This document shows positions 7,697-15,670 of a stretch of DNA of 30,894 bases, piece after piece. The number at the start of each line of letters is the position of its first letter. The first letter of the stretch is position 1. Source of the stretch: a virus (taxonomy: Duplodnaviria; Caudoviricetes); the IMG/VR virus record IMGVR_UViG_3300005662_000009, positions 1-30,894 of that record, one strand, 5' to 3'. Under the pieces are notes generated by a model. The model saw nothing but the letters and a program-made list of their open reading frames with translations, was not told the DNA's origin and searched no databases. The position numbers were made by a program, and so were the translations under genes.

Positions 7697-8346
7697 AAAT
7701 ATCATTCAACCTAATGTCCGTTCCACAGCGGAACCCTCAATTCGTGACCAATCAAATTGAGGCGCCGGTGCGAATTTGCCTTGACATGAGCGGAAGCAAT
7801 CGGCTGCCCAAAAACCACCCGAAACGCTACGAAGGACTGGTCAACAATTTCATTAAATCGCTACAACCTCATGATGGGTCGGATTACGCGGTAAGCTTGC
7901 ACGACGATTTAGAATTGAGGCCGGGATTTGCCCGACATGTTGCACGATGCCTTGAACATGCACAAGGACGAGCGGTAAGCTTTTACGTGCCATCCCAACG
8001 AATCCATTTGGAGAACTACGCAAAAGGAATGGTATTGTACGAAACGAGAAAAGACATTTGGTTGCCAGCAATCGCCGTTCCCACTCAAATGGGTGTAGCG
8101 TTTGCTGAATGGATGACCACACAATCAGACAATCAAGCGGAAGACAAAAAATGGGAAAAATGGTTAGAATTGACCGGGCAAACAATTGTGATTGTTTACC
8201 CTAGCATGTGCCAACACATAGGATACGACCGCTCAACATTAGGCAATCCTCCGTCAGTCGGCAAAAACAAACGGACATCCAACCTATATGAGCCAACATT
8301 TGATTTCGACTCAATTGACTGGAAACACGAATTTGAAAAGCTATGA
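7693..8346 (+). CDS. Glycosyltransferase-like protein 2 (probable paralog)
   Basis: 'SLHDDL', 'VSFY', 'ED' and 'PSMCQHIG...STLG' motifs in the same order as in GT1. Confidence 0.65.
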   Translation: MKISFNLMSVPQRNPQFVTNQIEAPVRICLDMSGSNRLPKNHPKRYEGLVNNFIKSLQPHDGSDYAVSLHDDLELRPGFARHVARCLEHAQGRAVSFYVPSQRIHLENYAKGMVLYETRKDIWLPAIAVPTQMGVAFAEWMTTQSDNQAEDKKWEKWLELTGQTIVIVYPSMCQHIGYDRSTLGNPPSVGKNKRTSNLYEPTFDFDSIDWKHEFEKL

Positions 8347-8867
8347 ATCATTGTAAGGACATCATGGCGTGGGAGGCGTTCCCTAAATACGACGTGATAT
8401 GGACTGACCCGCCGTGGGAACAAAAAATGGTCAAGTACTTTGAGACCATGATGCACAAGGCCGGCGTGCCTAAACCCGGTAATGACATCGATGCCATTTT
8501 AAGCCAGCTATTCAAATTAGCACACCCGTGGAAACCCATGTACGTGGAATACAGCGTAAGCAGCTACCACCGGGTGGTCAACATTGCAGAACAATACGGC
8601 CACGATTTGAAACAAGCAGCTCAACGCCGGTACGCTAATGATTTGCCGTTTGTAGTGTTAGCGTTTAATACGACCACACCGGTCGCCGAACACAAGAACT
8701 GCGACGAGGTCATCACAAACACACTCAAATCCATCGCTCCGTACGGAAGGGTGTTTGACCCGTTTGCGGGTATCGGCGTCACAGCAAAAGCGGTGAAAAA
8801 GGCGGGGTGGGAATACGAAGGGTCAGAAATCAATCCCGCTCGTTTCGAGCGACTAAACCAAATCTAA
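8343..8867 (+). CDS. Minimal amino (N6A/N4C) methyltransferase-like protein
   Basis: Motif IV 'WTDPPW' near the N-terminus, motif I 'VFDPFAGIG' and 'GSEIN' near the C-terminus (beta order); only 174 aa. Confidence 0.75.
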   Translation: MNHCKDIMAWEAFPKYDVIWTDPPWEQKMVKYFETMMHKAGVPKPGNDIDAILSQLFKLAHPWKPMYVEYSVSSYHRVVNIAEQYGHDLKQAAQRRYANDLPFVVLAFNTTTPVAEHKNCDEVITNTLKSIAPYGRVFDPFAGIGVTAKAVKKAGWEYEGSEINPARFERLNQI

Positions 8868-9391
8868 TGCAGACCAAAAAATTGCCCATTGCGGAAATCA
8901 AGGAAAACCCTAAAAATCCACGATTCATTCGGGACGACAAATTCCACAAGCTTGTCAAATCCATTCAGGAATTTCCTGAAATGTTAGATGTCCGTCCCAT
9001 TGTCGTGAATGAGGCCTACGTCATATTAGGCGGGAACATGCGATGGAAAGCGGCGGTCGAAGCTGGCATGACCAAAATACCGGTGCAAATCGTAAGCTGG
9101 GACGAAGAGAAACAAAACCAATTTTTGATCAAGGATAACGTCAGCTTTGGCGAATGGGACTGGGACGTATTGGCAAACGAATGGGACGCCACGGATTTAG
9201 GCGACTGGGGTATGAACATTTGGAACCCTACCGAAGCTTACACGCCCGAAATCACACCAAGCTTTGCCGGTCGCGAAATCACGGACGCTGACATGGACAA
9301 GGCACAAAACATGCAGAACATCGTCCAAATCAACACTAAACACGAGTGCACATGCCCTGCATGCGGACATGAATTTCACATCGACCGATGA
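8867..9391 (+). CDS. ParB N-terminal domain protein with C-terminal Zn ribbon
   Basis: 'NPKNPR..LVKSI.EF..RPIVV...LGGNMRWKA...KDN..GEWD..L' and 'CPACGHEF'. Confidence 0.85.
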   Translation: MQTKKLPIAEIKENPKNPRFIRDDKFHKLVKSIQEFPEMLDVRPIVVNEAYVILGGNMRWKAAVEAGMTKIPVQIVSWDEEKQNQFLIKDNVSFGEWDWDVLANEWDATDLGDWGMNIWNPTEAYTPEITPSFAGREITDADMDKAQNMQNIVQINTKHECTCPACGHEFHIDR

Positions 9392-10545
9392 GGATATACG
9401 GAACCGATAACGTATGGGAAGCGGCTCGCAAAAGGGTGGCATGGGTATTCGACGAATTTGAAAACGTCGCCGTAGCCTTTTCAGGGGGCAAGGATTCCAC
9501 GGTGGTTTTGAATTTGTGCCTGTATGAAGCGCGAGCCCGTGGCCGGTTGCCGTTACCGGTCATGTTTATAGACCAAGAAGCTGAATGGACGGAGGCCATC
9601 AATTACGTGCGGGACGTCATGAACGACCCAGACGTCAAGCCCTATTGGTTGCAATGTCCGCTTGAAATCAATAACAGCACATCGACCATCGATGACATGC
9701 TGCATATTTGGGCAGAAGGCGAACAATGGTTGCGCCCGAAAGAAGCTAACACCATACATGACAATCCGTACGGCACGCTGGATTTCTATGACATGTTCCG
9801 GGCATGGCTCGCCTATACGTACAAGGATGCACCGGCATGTTTAGTGGGCGGGTTGCGAGCAGAGGAATCGCCGAACCGGTCGCTGGCGTTAACCGCAACT
9901 AAAACCTACAAACACGTCACGTGGGGCAAAATTCAAGACGCCCGGAAACATCACTACACATTCTACCCAATCTACGACTGGACATACAAGGATGTTTGGA
10001 AATCCATTCATGAACACGGCTGGCAGTACTGCAAAATATATGACCGAATGTACCAACAAGGGGTGAGCCCCTTCAACATGAGGGTTTCAAATTTGCACCA
10101 TGAAACATCGGTCGGGTGGTTAGAAATCGCACAAGAACTTGATCGCGAAATATGGAACGCCTTGACACAGCGGTTGAGCGGCATCAATACGTACAAGCAC
10201 TTAAACCGGGATGGTCACACATGCCCTAAAAAATTGCCCGAAGCTTTTGCGTCATGGATTGAATACCGCGACTATTTGTCTGAAAAATTGATTGTGGATT
10301 CCGGCAAACGAGACAAATGGAAAACCTACATAGCGGGCATTGACCAAACGTATAGCGCTATGAAAAACTACGATGCAGCAATCCGGGTGCAAATCAATGC
10401 ATTGCTGGTAGACGATTTAGGGTATCACGCCAAGGAATCCACCAAAATAGCAAACTGGAAAAACAGCCACTTGGTAAAGGAATGGCTGGCATGGAAAAAT
10501 GACAATCGACCCCCCAAGGTCTACAACAAATACATATTTGGATGA
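9388..10545 (+). CDS. PAPS-reductase-family PP-loop protein (IbrA/YbdN, DUF3440-like)
   Basis: 'VAFSGGKDS', 'FIDQEAE', 'GLRAEES.NR', 'PIYDW...DVW', 'MRVS' motifs. Confidence 0.9.
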   Translation: MRIYGTDNVWEAARKRVAWVFDEFENVAVAFSGGKDSTVVLNLCLYEARARGRLPLPVMFIDQEAEWTEAINYVRDVMNDPDVKPYWLQCPLEINNSTSTIDDMLHIWAEGEQWLRPKEANTIHDNPYGTLDFYDMFRAWLAYTYKDAPACLVGGLRAEESPNRSLALTATKTYKHVTWGKIQDARKHHYTFYPIYDWTYKDVWKSIHEHGWQYCKIYDRMYQQGVSPFNMRVSNLHHETSVGWLEIAQELDREIWNALTQRLSGINTYKHLNRDGHTCPKKLPEAFASWIEYRDYLSEKLIVDSGKRDKWKTYIAGIDQTYSAMKNYDAAIRVQINALLVDDLGYHAKESTKIANWKNSHLVKEWLAWKNDNRPPKVYNKYIFG

Positions 10546-11183
10546 CACAATCACTCAAGGAATATTTAGCCGGTATCACCGACCCACATGAACGGCTAAC
10601 CGCAATCGAAAGCCTACGGGACGTCCTGCACGAATTGTCACCAATTCAGCAACCCGTTGACCGGGTGCGGTGGGTAGACATAGACCTTGTTGACCCTAAC
10701 GATTACAACCCGAATTCGGTCGCGACCAAGGAAATGCAGCTACTCTACACATCGATTAAAAACGACGGCTACACCCAGCCGGTCGTGACCATATACGATC
10801 AAGACCGAGGGAAATACGTAATCATTGACGGGTTCCACCGCTATTTCACGTGCAAGACTCAAACGGACATCCGCGAACGGAACCACGGCAAATTGCCTAT
10901 CGTAGTTCTTGACAAAACCATGAACGAACGAATGGCCGCTACGGTCAGGCATAATAGAGCACGCGGGAAACATTCCGTCCAAGGGATGAGCAACATGGTC
11001 TACCAAATGCTGAAGGGTGGAATGACCGACATTCAAATATGCAATCAATTAGGCATGGAGGCGGAAGAACTCATGCGGTTGAAACACATCACAGGTTTCT
11101 CAAAATTGTTCGCGAACGTGGAGTATTCTCAATCGTGGCAATCCAACAAACAAATCAAATACGCTAAACAAGCTGGATTATGA
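10542..11183 (+). CDS. ParB-like protein (IbrB/YbdM family)
   Basis: 'PNDYNPN.VA..EM.LL..SI..DGYTQP...IIDGFHR...TVRHNRARGKH...LGM..EE..RLK' motifs. Confidence 0.9.
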   Translation: MTQSLKEYLAGITDPHERLTAIESLRDVLHELSPIQQPVDRVRWVDIDLVDPNDYNPNSVATKEMQLLYTSIKNDGYTQPVVTIYDQDRGKYVIIDGFHRYFTCKTQTDIRERNHGKLPIVVLDKTMNERMAATVRHNRARGKHSVQGMSNMVYQMLKGGMTDIQICNQLGMEAEELMRLKHITGFSKLFANVEYSQSWQSNKQIKYAKQAGL

Positions 11184-11824
11184 ATTGGGATGACATCATT
11201 GCATGGGAGGACACGCCGGAAAAGGACATGCAGCCAAATGACCCGGACGAACACGCGCCCAACGAAAAAAAGGCTAAACGGCGAACAACCGCTGCCATCA
11301 ACAGAAGCGACCGGCATTTGTACCGGCGAGCGTTTTCTGAAACACAATTAATGGATGCAATTGGGTTAGAACTGAAAGAGGGTGATAGCTGGCATTGCAT
11401 CACGGGTGGCGACGTGGATGCGCTATCATATTTGAAGCTTGTATTGCGACATCAACCGCTTGACCATTGCCTGTTCAGCACATGGTGCATGGCCGCCGAG
11501 GATATACTGGCATTTGAGGAATGGTTGGAATCGGGGACAATCAAAAAGCTTGACGCCTACGTGGGCGAGATTTTCCCGAACCAATACAAAATCGAATGGA
11601 GGATGCTCAATGACATATTCGCTAAATACCAATGCGGACGAATTGCCGTGTTCAAAAACCATTCTAAAATATTCGCAGGGACAGGCCCCAAATGGTCGTT
11701 CGGGATCGAGACGTCAGCAAACATCAATACTAACCCTCGAACGGAAAACGGCGTCATTACGATTAACAAGGACTTGTACGATTTCTACAAGGCGTATTTC
11801 GACGGCATCAAATCATTCGTCTAA
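11180..11824 (+). CDS. Phospholipase D-superfamily protein (single HxK motif)
   Basis: 'KNHSKIF...IETSANINTNPRTE' PLD-like signature and 'STW' motif. Confidence 0.7.
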   Translation: MNWDDIIAWEDTPEKDMQPNDPDEHAPNEKKAKRRTTAAINRSDRHLYRRAFSETQLMDAIGLELKEGDSWHCITGGDVDALSYLKLVLRHQPLDHCLFSTWCMAAEDILAFEEWLESGTIKKLDAYVGEIFPNQYKIEWRMLNDIFAKYQCGRIAVFKNHSKIFAGTGPKWSFGIETSANINTNPRTENGVITINKDLYDFYKAYFDGIKSFV

Positions 11825-11827
11825 CAC

Positions 11828-12190
11828 ATGAGCAATCCAAACCACGCGGGAGAACTGGACGAAATTGGACACCGGAAAAAGGCTATGGTCGAAGCGATGG
11901 AAAAATCGTTAGGCATCGTGACCACGGCCTGCAAAATGGTGGGCATCTCACGACAGACCCATTACAATTGGATGACCGAGGACACAAGCTACCGTGATGC
12001 AATCAATGAATTGTCTGACATGGTAGTCGATTTCGCGGAATCACAATTGCATAAGCTGATTAAGGATGGGAACGTGGCGTCCGTATTGTTCTACCTGAAA
12101 ACGAAAGGCAAACACAGGGGATATGTGGAAACGACAGAACTGCACGTGCAGGAGAAAAAACCGCTGACGTGGTTCACGGATGAAACGTAA
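11828..12190 (+). CDS. terS: Terminase small subunit (HTH)
   Basis: 'KKAMVEAMEKSLGIVTTACKMVGISRQTHYNW...FAESQL...FYLKTKGK.RGY'; directly upstream of terL. Confidence 0.85.
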   Translation: MSNPNHAGELDEIGHRKKAMVEAMEKSLGIVTTACKMVGISRQTHYNWMTEDTSYRDAINELSDMVVDFAESQLHKLIKDGNVASVLFYLKTKGKHRGYVETTELHVQEKKPLTWFTDET

Positions 12191-13343
12191 GCTTGCGAAA
12201 TCATACTACGACGTCATCGGGTGCGATTCGCGAATCCAAATACATCAAGGCGGGACGCGGTCGGGCAAAACCTATTCCATTTGTTTAGCCTTGATAGAGC
12301 TGTGTTGGCGAAACGAAAACGCTGGCATGGTCATCACGATTTGCAGGAAAACAGGCCCGGCATTATCGGCGACGGTCATGAGGGATTTTTTCAGCATCCT
12401 TGAATCGGAAGGAATCTATGACCAGTCGAAACACAACCGAATGGCGTGGGCTTATTCCTTGTACGGAAATTTCGTTGAGTTCATTTCGGTCGATCAGGCA
12501 CAAAAGCTTCGTGGCCGGAAACGGGACATCGTCTTCATCAATGAGGCAAACGAAATCACATACGAGGACTGGCAGCAAATCATCATGCGGACGACAAACA
12601 GGGTCATCATTGACTACAACCCGTCAATGGAATATCACTGGATATACGAGCGGGTCATCCCACGTGAGGACGCTACGTTTTTCAAAACCACATACCTCGA
12701 CAACCCATTTCTTGAGCAACCGGTCATTGACGAAATCGAACGGCTACAAACGGCAGACCCTCAATATTGGAGGGTGTATGGTCTCGGCGAGCGTGGCGTT
12801 TCGATGTCCACGATATTCACACACTGGGACGAAATCGAGACCATACCCAATGAATACCGATTCAAAGGCCTTGGACTGGATTGGGGATATACCAATGACC
12901 CAACCGCAATCGTAGCGCTATACACTAACGGCCATGATTGGATTCTCGACGAGCGGTTACACAAAACCCGGATGACCAACGCAGACATTTCTGAATTTTT
13001 GCGTGGGGACGGCTGGACAAGGACTACAACAATCATTGCCGATTCAGCTGAACCGAAATCAATTGATTACTTACACGCGTTAGGGTGGAATGTTCACGGG
13101 GCACGTAAGGGTGCGGATTCGGTAAGGGCCGGTATTGATTACATGAAATCGAGGAAAATCTACGTCACGGCTGGATCATTGAATGGCATCAAAGAACTAC
13201 GGAATTACAAATGGAAAGAGGACAAAAACGGGCAAGTCCTCAACGAACCGGTCGACGCCTTCAACCATTTTATAGACGCTGCCCGGTACGGCATCATGCA
13301 CCACGCCTCCAACCCCAGCTACGGGAAATACGTCTTCGGGTGA
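12180..13343 (+). CDS. terL: Terminase large subunit (PBSX type)
   Basis: Walker A 'QGGTRSGKT', 'FINEANE', 'DYNP', nuclease 'GLDWGY..DP', 'ADSAEP', 'NHFIDA.RY'. Confidence 0.97.
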   Translation: MKRKLAKSYYDVIGCDSRIQIHQGGTRSGKTYSICLALIELCWRNENAGMVITICRKTGPALSATVMRDFFSILESEGIYDQSKHNRMAWAYSLYGNFVEFISVDQAQKLRGRKRDIVFINEANEITYEDWQQIIMRTTNRVIIDYNPSMEYHWIYERVIPREDATFFKTTYLDNPFLEQPVIDEIERLQTADPQYWRVYGLGERGVSMSTIFTHWDEIETIPNEYRFKGLGLDWGYTNDPTAIVALYTNGHDWILDERLHKTRMTNADISEFLRGDGWTRTTTIIADSAEPKSIDYLHALGWNVHGARKGADSVRAGIDYMKSRKIYVTAGSLNGIKELRNYKWKEDKNGQVLNEPVDAFNHFIDAARYGIMHHASNPSYGKYVFG

Positions 13344-13363
13344 AAAAAAACACCCTACGACGC

Positions 13364-13393
13364 ATGGTATTTTGAAAATGTTTCGTATATTTG
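13364..13393 (+). promoter_or_regulatory. Early promoter P4 (moron promoter)
   Basis: TATATTTG at 13386-13393; 19 bp AAAATGTTTCGTATATTTG identical to P3; ATG at 13397. Confidence 0.8.
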
Positions 13394-13396
13394 GGT

Positions 13397-13606
13397 ATGC
13401 AAAACGCTACCAACATTTCGGTCGCCCGCTGGCAACACCGCTACGGAAAATCACCTCGCGGTTTGGGCATGTGGTATTTCTCGTGGAACCACCCTGTAAA
13501 CGGCCCCACTGAAATCGGCCCCGGTAAACCGATGACCTACGCTGATGCGTGCGTCTGGGTTCGTGCAATGTTGGGTGCTACCACCCCGGTTGAATTACTC
13601 CCCTAA
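13397..13606 (+). CDS. Hypothetical protein (69 aa), moron gene 1
   Basis: Leaderless-type start after P4; 'HRYGKSPRGLGMWYF' motif. Confidence 0.75.
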   Translation: MQNATNISVARWQHRYGKSPRGLGMWYFSWNHPVNGPTEIGPGKPMTYADACVWVRAMLGATTPVELLP

Positions 13607-13617
13607 CCCCATATTCT

Positions 13618-13929
13618 ATGGAAACCATCCTGAACCGCTCCGATTACGGCGATTTGTTTTGTCTGACCCACATGGAAGACCGGTGGGAATATTTGGAACC
13701 CTATATCCGGGAAGACCTTCATGCGGCTAACCCGCTCGTCCATGTGACCACGTTTTCACTTAAAACAAGCTACATGGGCAATGACGACCAAATCCGCTGC
13801 GTATTGTTTTCCGCTCACCCGGATGACATGGCTAACGTGCAAATGCGGGCAACCTACGTGGGTTGCATCACGTGGGCCGAATTTCAACGCCACTACGGCC
13901 CCTGCCGTAAAATCACATCCGGTCAATAA
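13618..13929 (+). CDS. Hypothetical protein (103 aa), moron gene 2
   Basis: ORF between moron gene 1 and a terminator. Confidence 0.7.
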   Translation: METILNRSDYGDLFCLTHMEDRWEYLEPYIREDLHAANPLVHVTTFSLKTSYMGNDDQIRCVLFSAHPDDMANVQMRATYVGCITWAEFQRHYGPCRKITSGQ

Positions 13930-13937
13930 CCCTCACG

Positions 13938-13963
13938 AACCGGGCTAACCACCCGGTTTTTTT
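13938..13963 (+). terminator. Rho-independent terminator T3
   Basis: AACCGGG-CTAACCA-CCCGGTT-TTTTT. Confidence 0.8.
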
Positions 13964-13979
13964 AGCACAGAACTACCAC

Positions 13980-14591
13980 ATGAAAATCGAATTGCCGCTG
14001 CATTGGAAAGACCTGCGATTAGACGAATTGCAAGGGTACATGTTGGCGACCACGGACATAGACAAGCTTTCGGCGTTGACCGGCGTTCCACGTGAAACGC
14101 TGCAAACCATACCGGCGGCAAACATCCGCAAGGCCTATGCACACATGAACAAACTCATGGCGTCCGAAACCTACCGGTTTGAACCAACGCTATTGTTAGA
14201 CGGGGTGCGCTACGGCATGATTCCGAATTGGGGAGAACTCACGTTAGGCGAATGGATTGACGCGAACGAGTACTTATCCGATTTTTGGCCTAACGCGCAT
14301 AAGCTTATGGCGTTATTGTACCGACCGGTCACGTGGGAGCTTCGTGGCAATTACGGCATCGAACCCTACACGGCCAAGGAAAATGCGGACGTGTTCAAAT
14401 CCATGTCCGCTGAATATTTGTCCGGGGCAGTGCTTTTTTTTTGGGCTACCGGAATGAAACGACCGACCGCTTTGAAGCGGTTTTCGCTGGCGGAACGTCT
14501 AATGAATTTTTGGACAAATGGCGGTGGTATCACACGCTCTACGAGCTTGCCAACGAAAACATCCTGGAAATCGAACCACTCACCCGAATGA
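13980..14591 (+). CDS. Tail assembly chaperone (gpG-like; 0-frame product)
   Basis: First tail-cluster gene; 'YGMIPNW.ELTLGEWID...HKLMALLYRP...GAVLFF' followed by a slippery T9 run. Confidence 0.7.
   Translation: MKIELPLHWKDLRLDELQGYMLATTDIDKLSALTGVPRETLQTIPAANIRKAYAHMNKLMASETYRFEPTLLLDGVRYGMIPNWGELTLGEWIDANEYLSDFWPNAHKLMALLYRPVTWELRGNYGIEPYTAKENADVFKSMSAEYLSGAVLFFWATGMKRPTALKRFSLAERLMNFWTNGGGITRSTSLPTKTSWKSNHSPE
14084..14099. promoter_or_regulatory. parS-like site 2
   Basis: CGTTCCACGTGAAACG, near-perfect 16-bp palindrome. Confidence 0.78.
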
Positions 14592-14668
14592 ACGCCGAGG
14601 TAATTTTTCAGCATTTAGCCTACATGAAGGATAGAGCATTCGCAATCAAAAATGGTCAGCTTAAATAA
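14441..14668 (+). CDS. -1 frameshift extension of the tail chaperone (gpGT-like)
   Basis: -1 frame open from the T-run at 14434-14442; protein-like 'FLDKWRWYHTLYELA..I..I..LT.M....F..LAY' and bridges the gap to the gene at 14652. Confidence 0.7.
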   Translation: MGYRNETTDRFEAVFAGGTSNEFLDKWRWYHTLYELANENILEIEPLTRMNAEVIFQHLAYMKDRAFAIKNGQLK

Positions 14669-15101
14669 TATCACGGACGCGTTAGAATCATTCGGGGATG
14701 GTCACCCTATGGTGCAGCGCTACACCATTGGGATGCCGTCCGAATTGGATGCCACTAAAAACACAAGCTACCCATTGATGCATGTGGTTTACGAAGGCGC
14801 GACATATTCCACCGGGATCAAGACCTATTCGTTTAGCGTGGTATTCATTGGGCGGGTGTCAGAACTCAACGCTACGTCGGAAGCGATTCGGTTAGTGTCG
14901 GATTTGGAACAAATCGCGGAAGACCTCGTGGCGGACATCACCACCGGGCATGTCTATTTTCAAATAGACGAATCATATGAAACCAGCAATGCATCCGTCA
15001 GGCCTTTGTTTGATTCAGAACGGAACATTGCATCCGGCTGTGTATTAAGCTTGGCAATTGACGTTCCATTCGCACACAACGCCTGCATAGCACCGGTATG
15101 A
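14652..15101 (+). CDS. Putative tail terminator / tail completion protein
   Basis: 149 aa with 'YPLMHV' motif, in the tail cluster; call from synteny. Confidence 0.55.
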   Translation: MVSLNNITDALESFGDGHPMVQRYTIGMPSELDATKNTSYPLMHVVYEGATYSTGIKTYSFSVVFIGRVSELNATSEAIRLVSDLEQIAEDLVADITTGHVYFQIDESYETSNASVRPLFDSERNIASGCVLSLAIDVPFAHNACIAPV

Positions 15102-15670
15102 ATTGGGGGCATTTCATAGCCGCTATGCATGCATACGGGGCGGACACCCGTGATGCCGCTAAACGGAATTTAGGCTCACGCGGGCGGGGCGTGAACAAAA
15201 CGTGGGGCGTGACCAAAAACAGGACGCTGCAAAAATCATTGCAATACGTCCTAAACGTAGAAGACGACGGCACGATTCGCATGGCGTTGGAGGCGACCGG
15301 CGCGGCACAAGCTTACGGCAAATTTGTGGAAATGGGCGTTTCGGGCACGGCGACGAAATATGACACCCCGTATCAGTACACCAGCAAAATGCCGCCCATT
15401 AGCGCTATCCTCGAATGGATGGATTTGAAACCCGTGAGGTTGCGGGACAAAACGACCGGCAAATTTGTGACAGCGACTCCCGAATTGAAACGGGCTACGG
15501 CATTCCGCATCGCAAAGGCTATCCAACGGAACGGCGTGCCTCCATTACGATTCGCGTCTGAAGGCATTGAATACGCTCGCGAAAAACATCAACCCTTGTT
15601 AGGCAAGGCGGCGGCCATGGACGTCATGGTCTACATGCGGAATAACCTCAACGAAATACCCAAGCTGTAA
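15098..15670 (+). CDS. Putative neck / tail completion protein (HK97 gp10-like)
   Basis: Basic protein with 'LQKSL...YGKFVEMG...PPISAILEW...AFRIAKAIQRNG.PP..F'. Confidence 0.6.
   Translation: MNWGHFIAAMHAYGADTRDAAKRNLGSRGRGVNKTWGVTKNRTLQKSLQYVLNVEDDGTIRMALEATGAAQAYGKFVEMGVSGTATKYDTPYQYTSKMPPISAILEWMDLKPVRLRDKTTGKFVTATPELKRATAFRIAKAIQRNGVPPLRFASEGIEYAREKHQPLLGKAAAMDVMVYMRNNLNEIPKL

Noticed and set aside
9388-10545. cysH auxiliary metabolic gene for sulfate assimilation
   Set aside because: IbrA/DUF3440-like architecture paired with an IbrB-like ParB, no C-terminal ECGLH motif, and a modification-gene context.
10842-10857. TATTTCACGTGCAAGA and other CACGTG words as further parS sites
   Set aside because: Three or more mismatches to consensus, and CACGTG is common in this genome.
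8867-11183. A complete phage-encoded ParABS partition system
   Set aside because: No ParA ATPase seen, and both ParB-like proteins resemble modification-associated families lacking the canonical GERRxRA motif.
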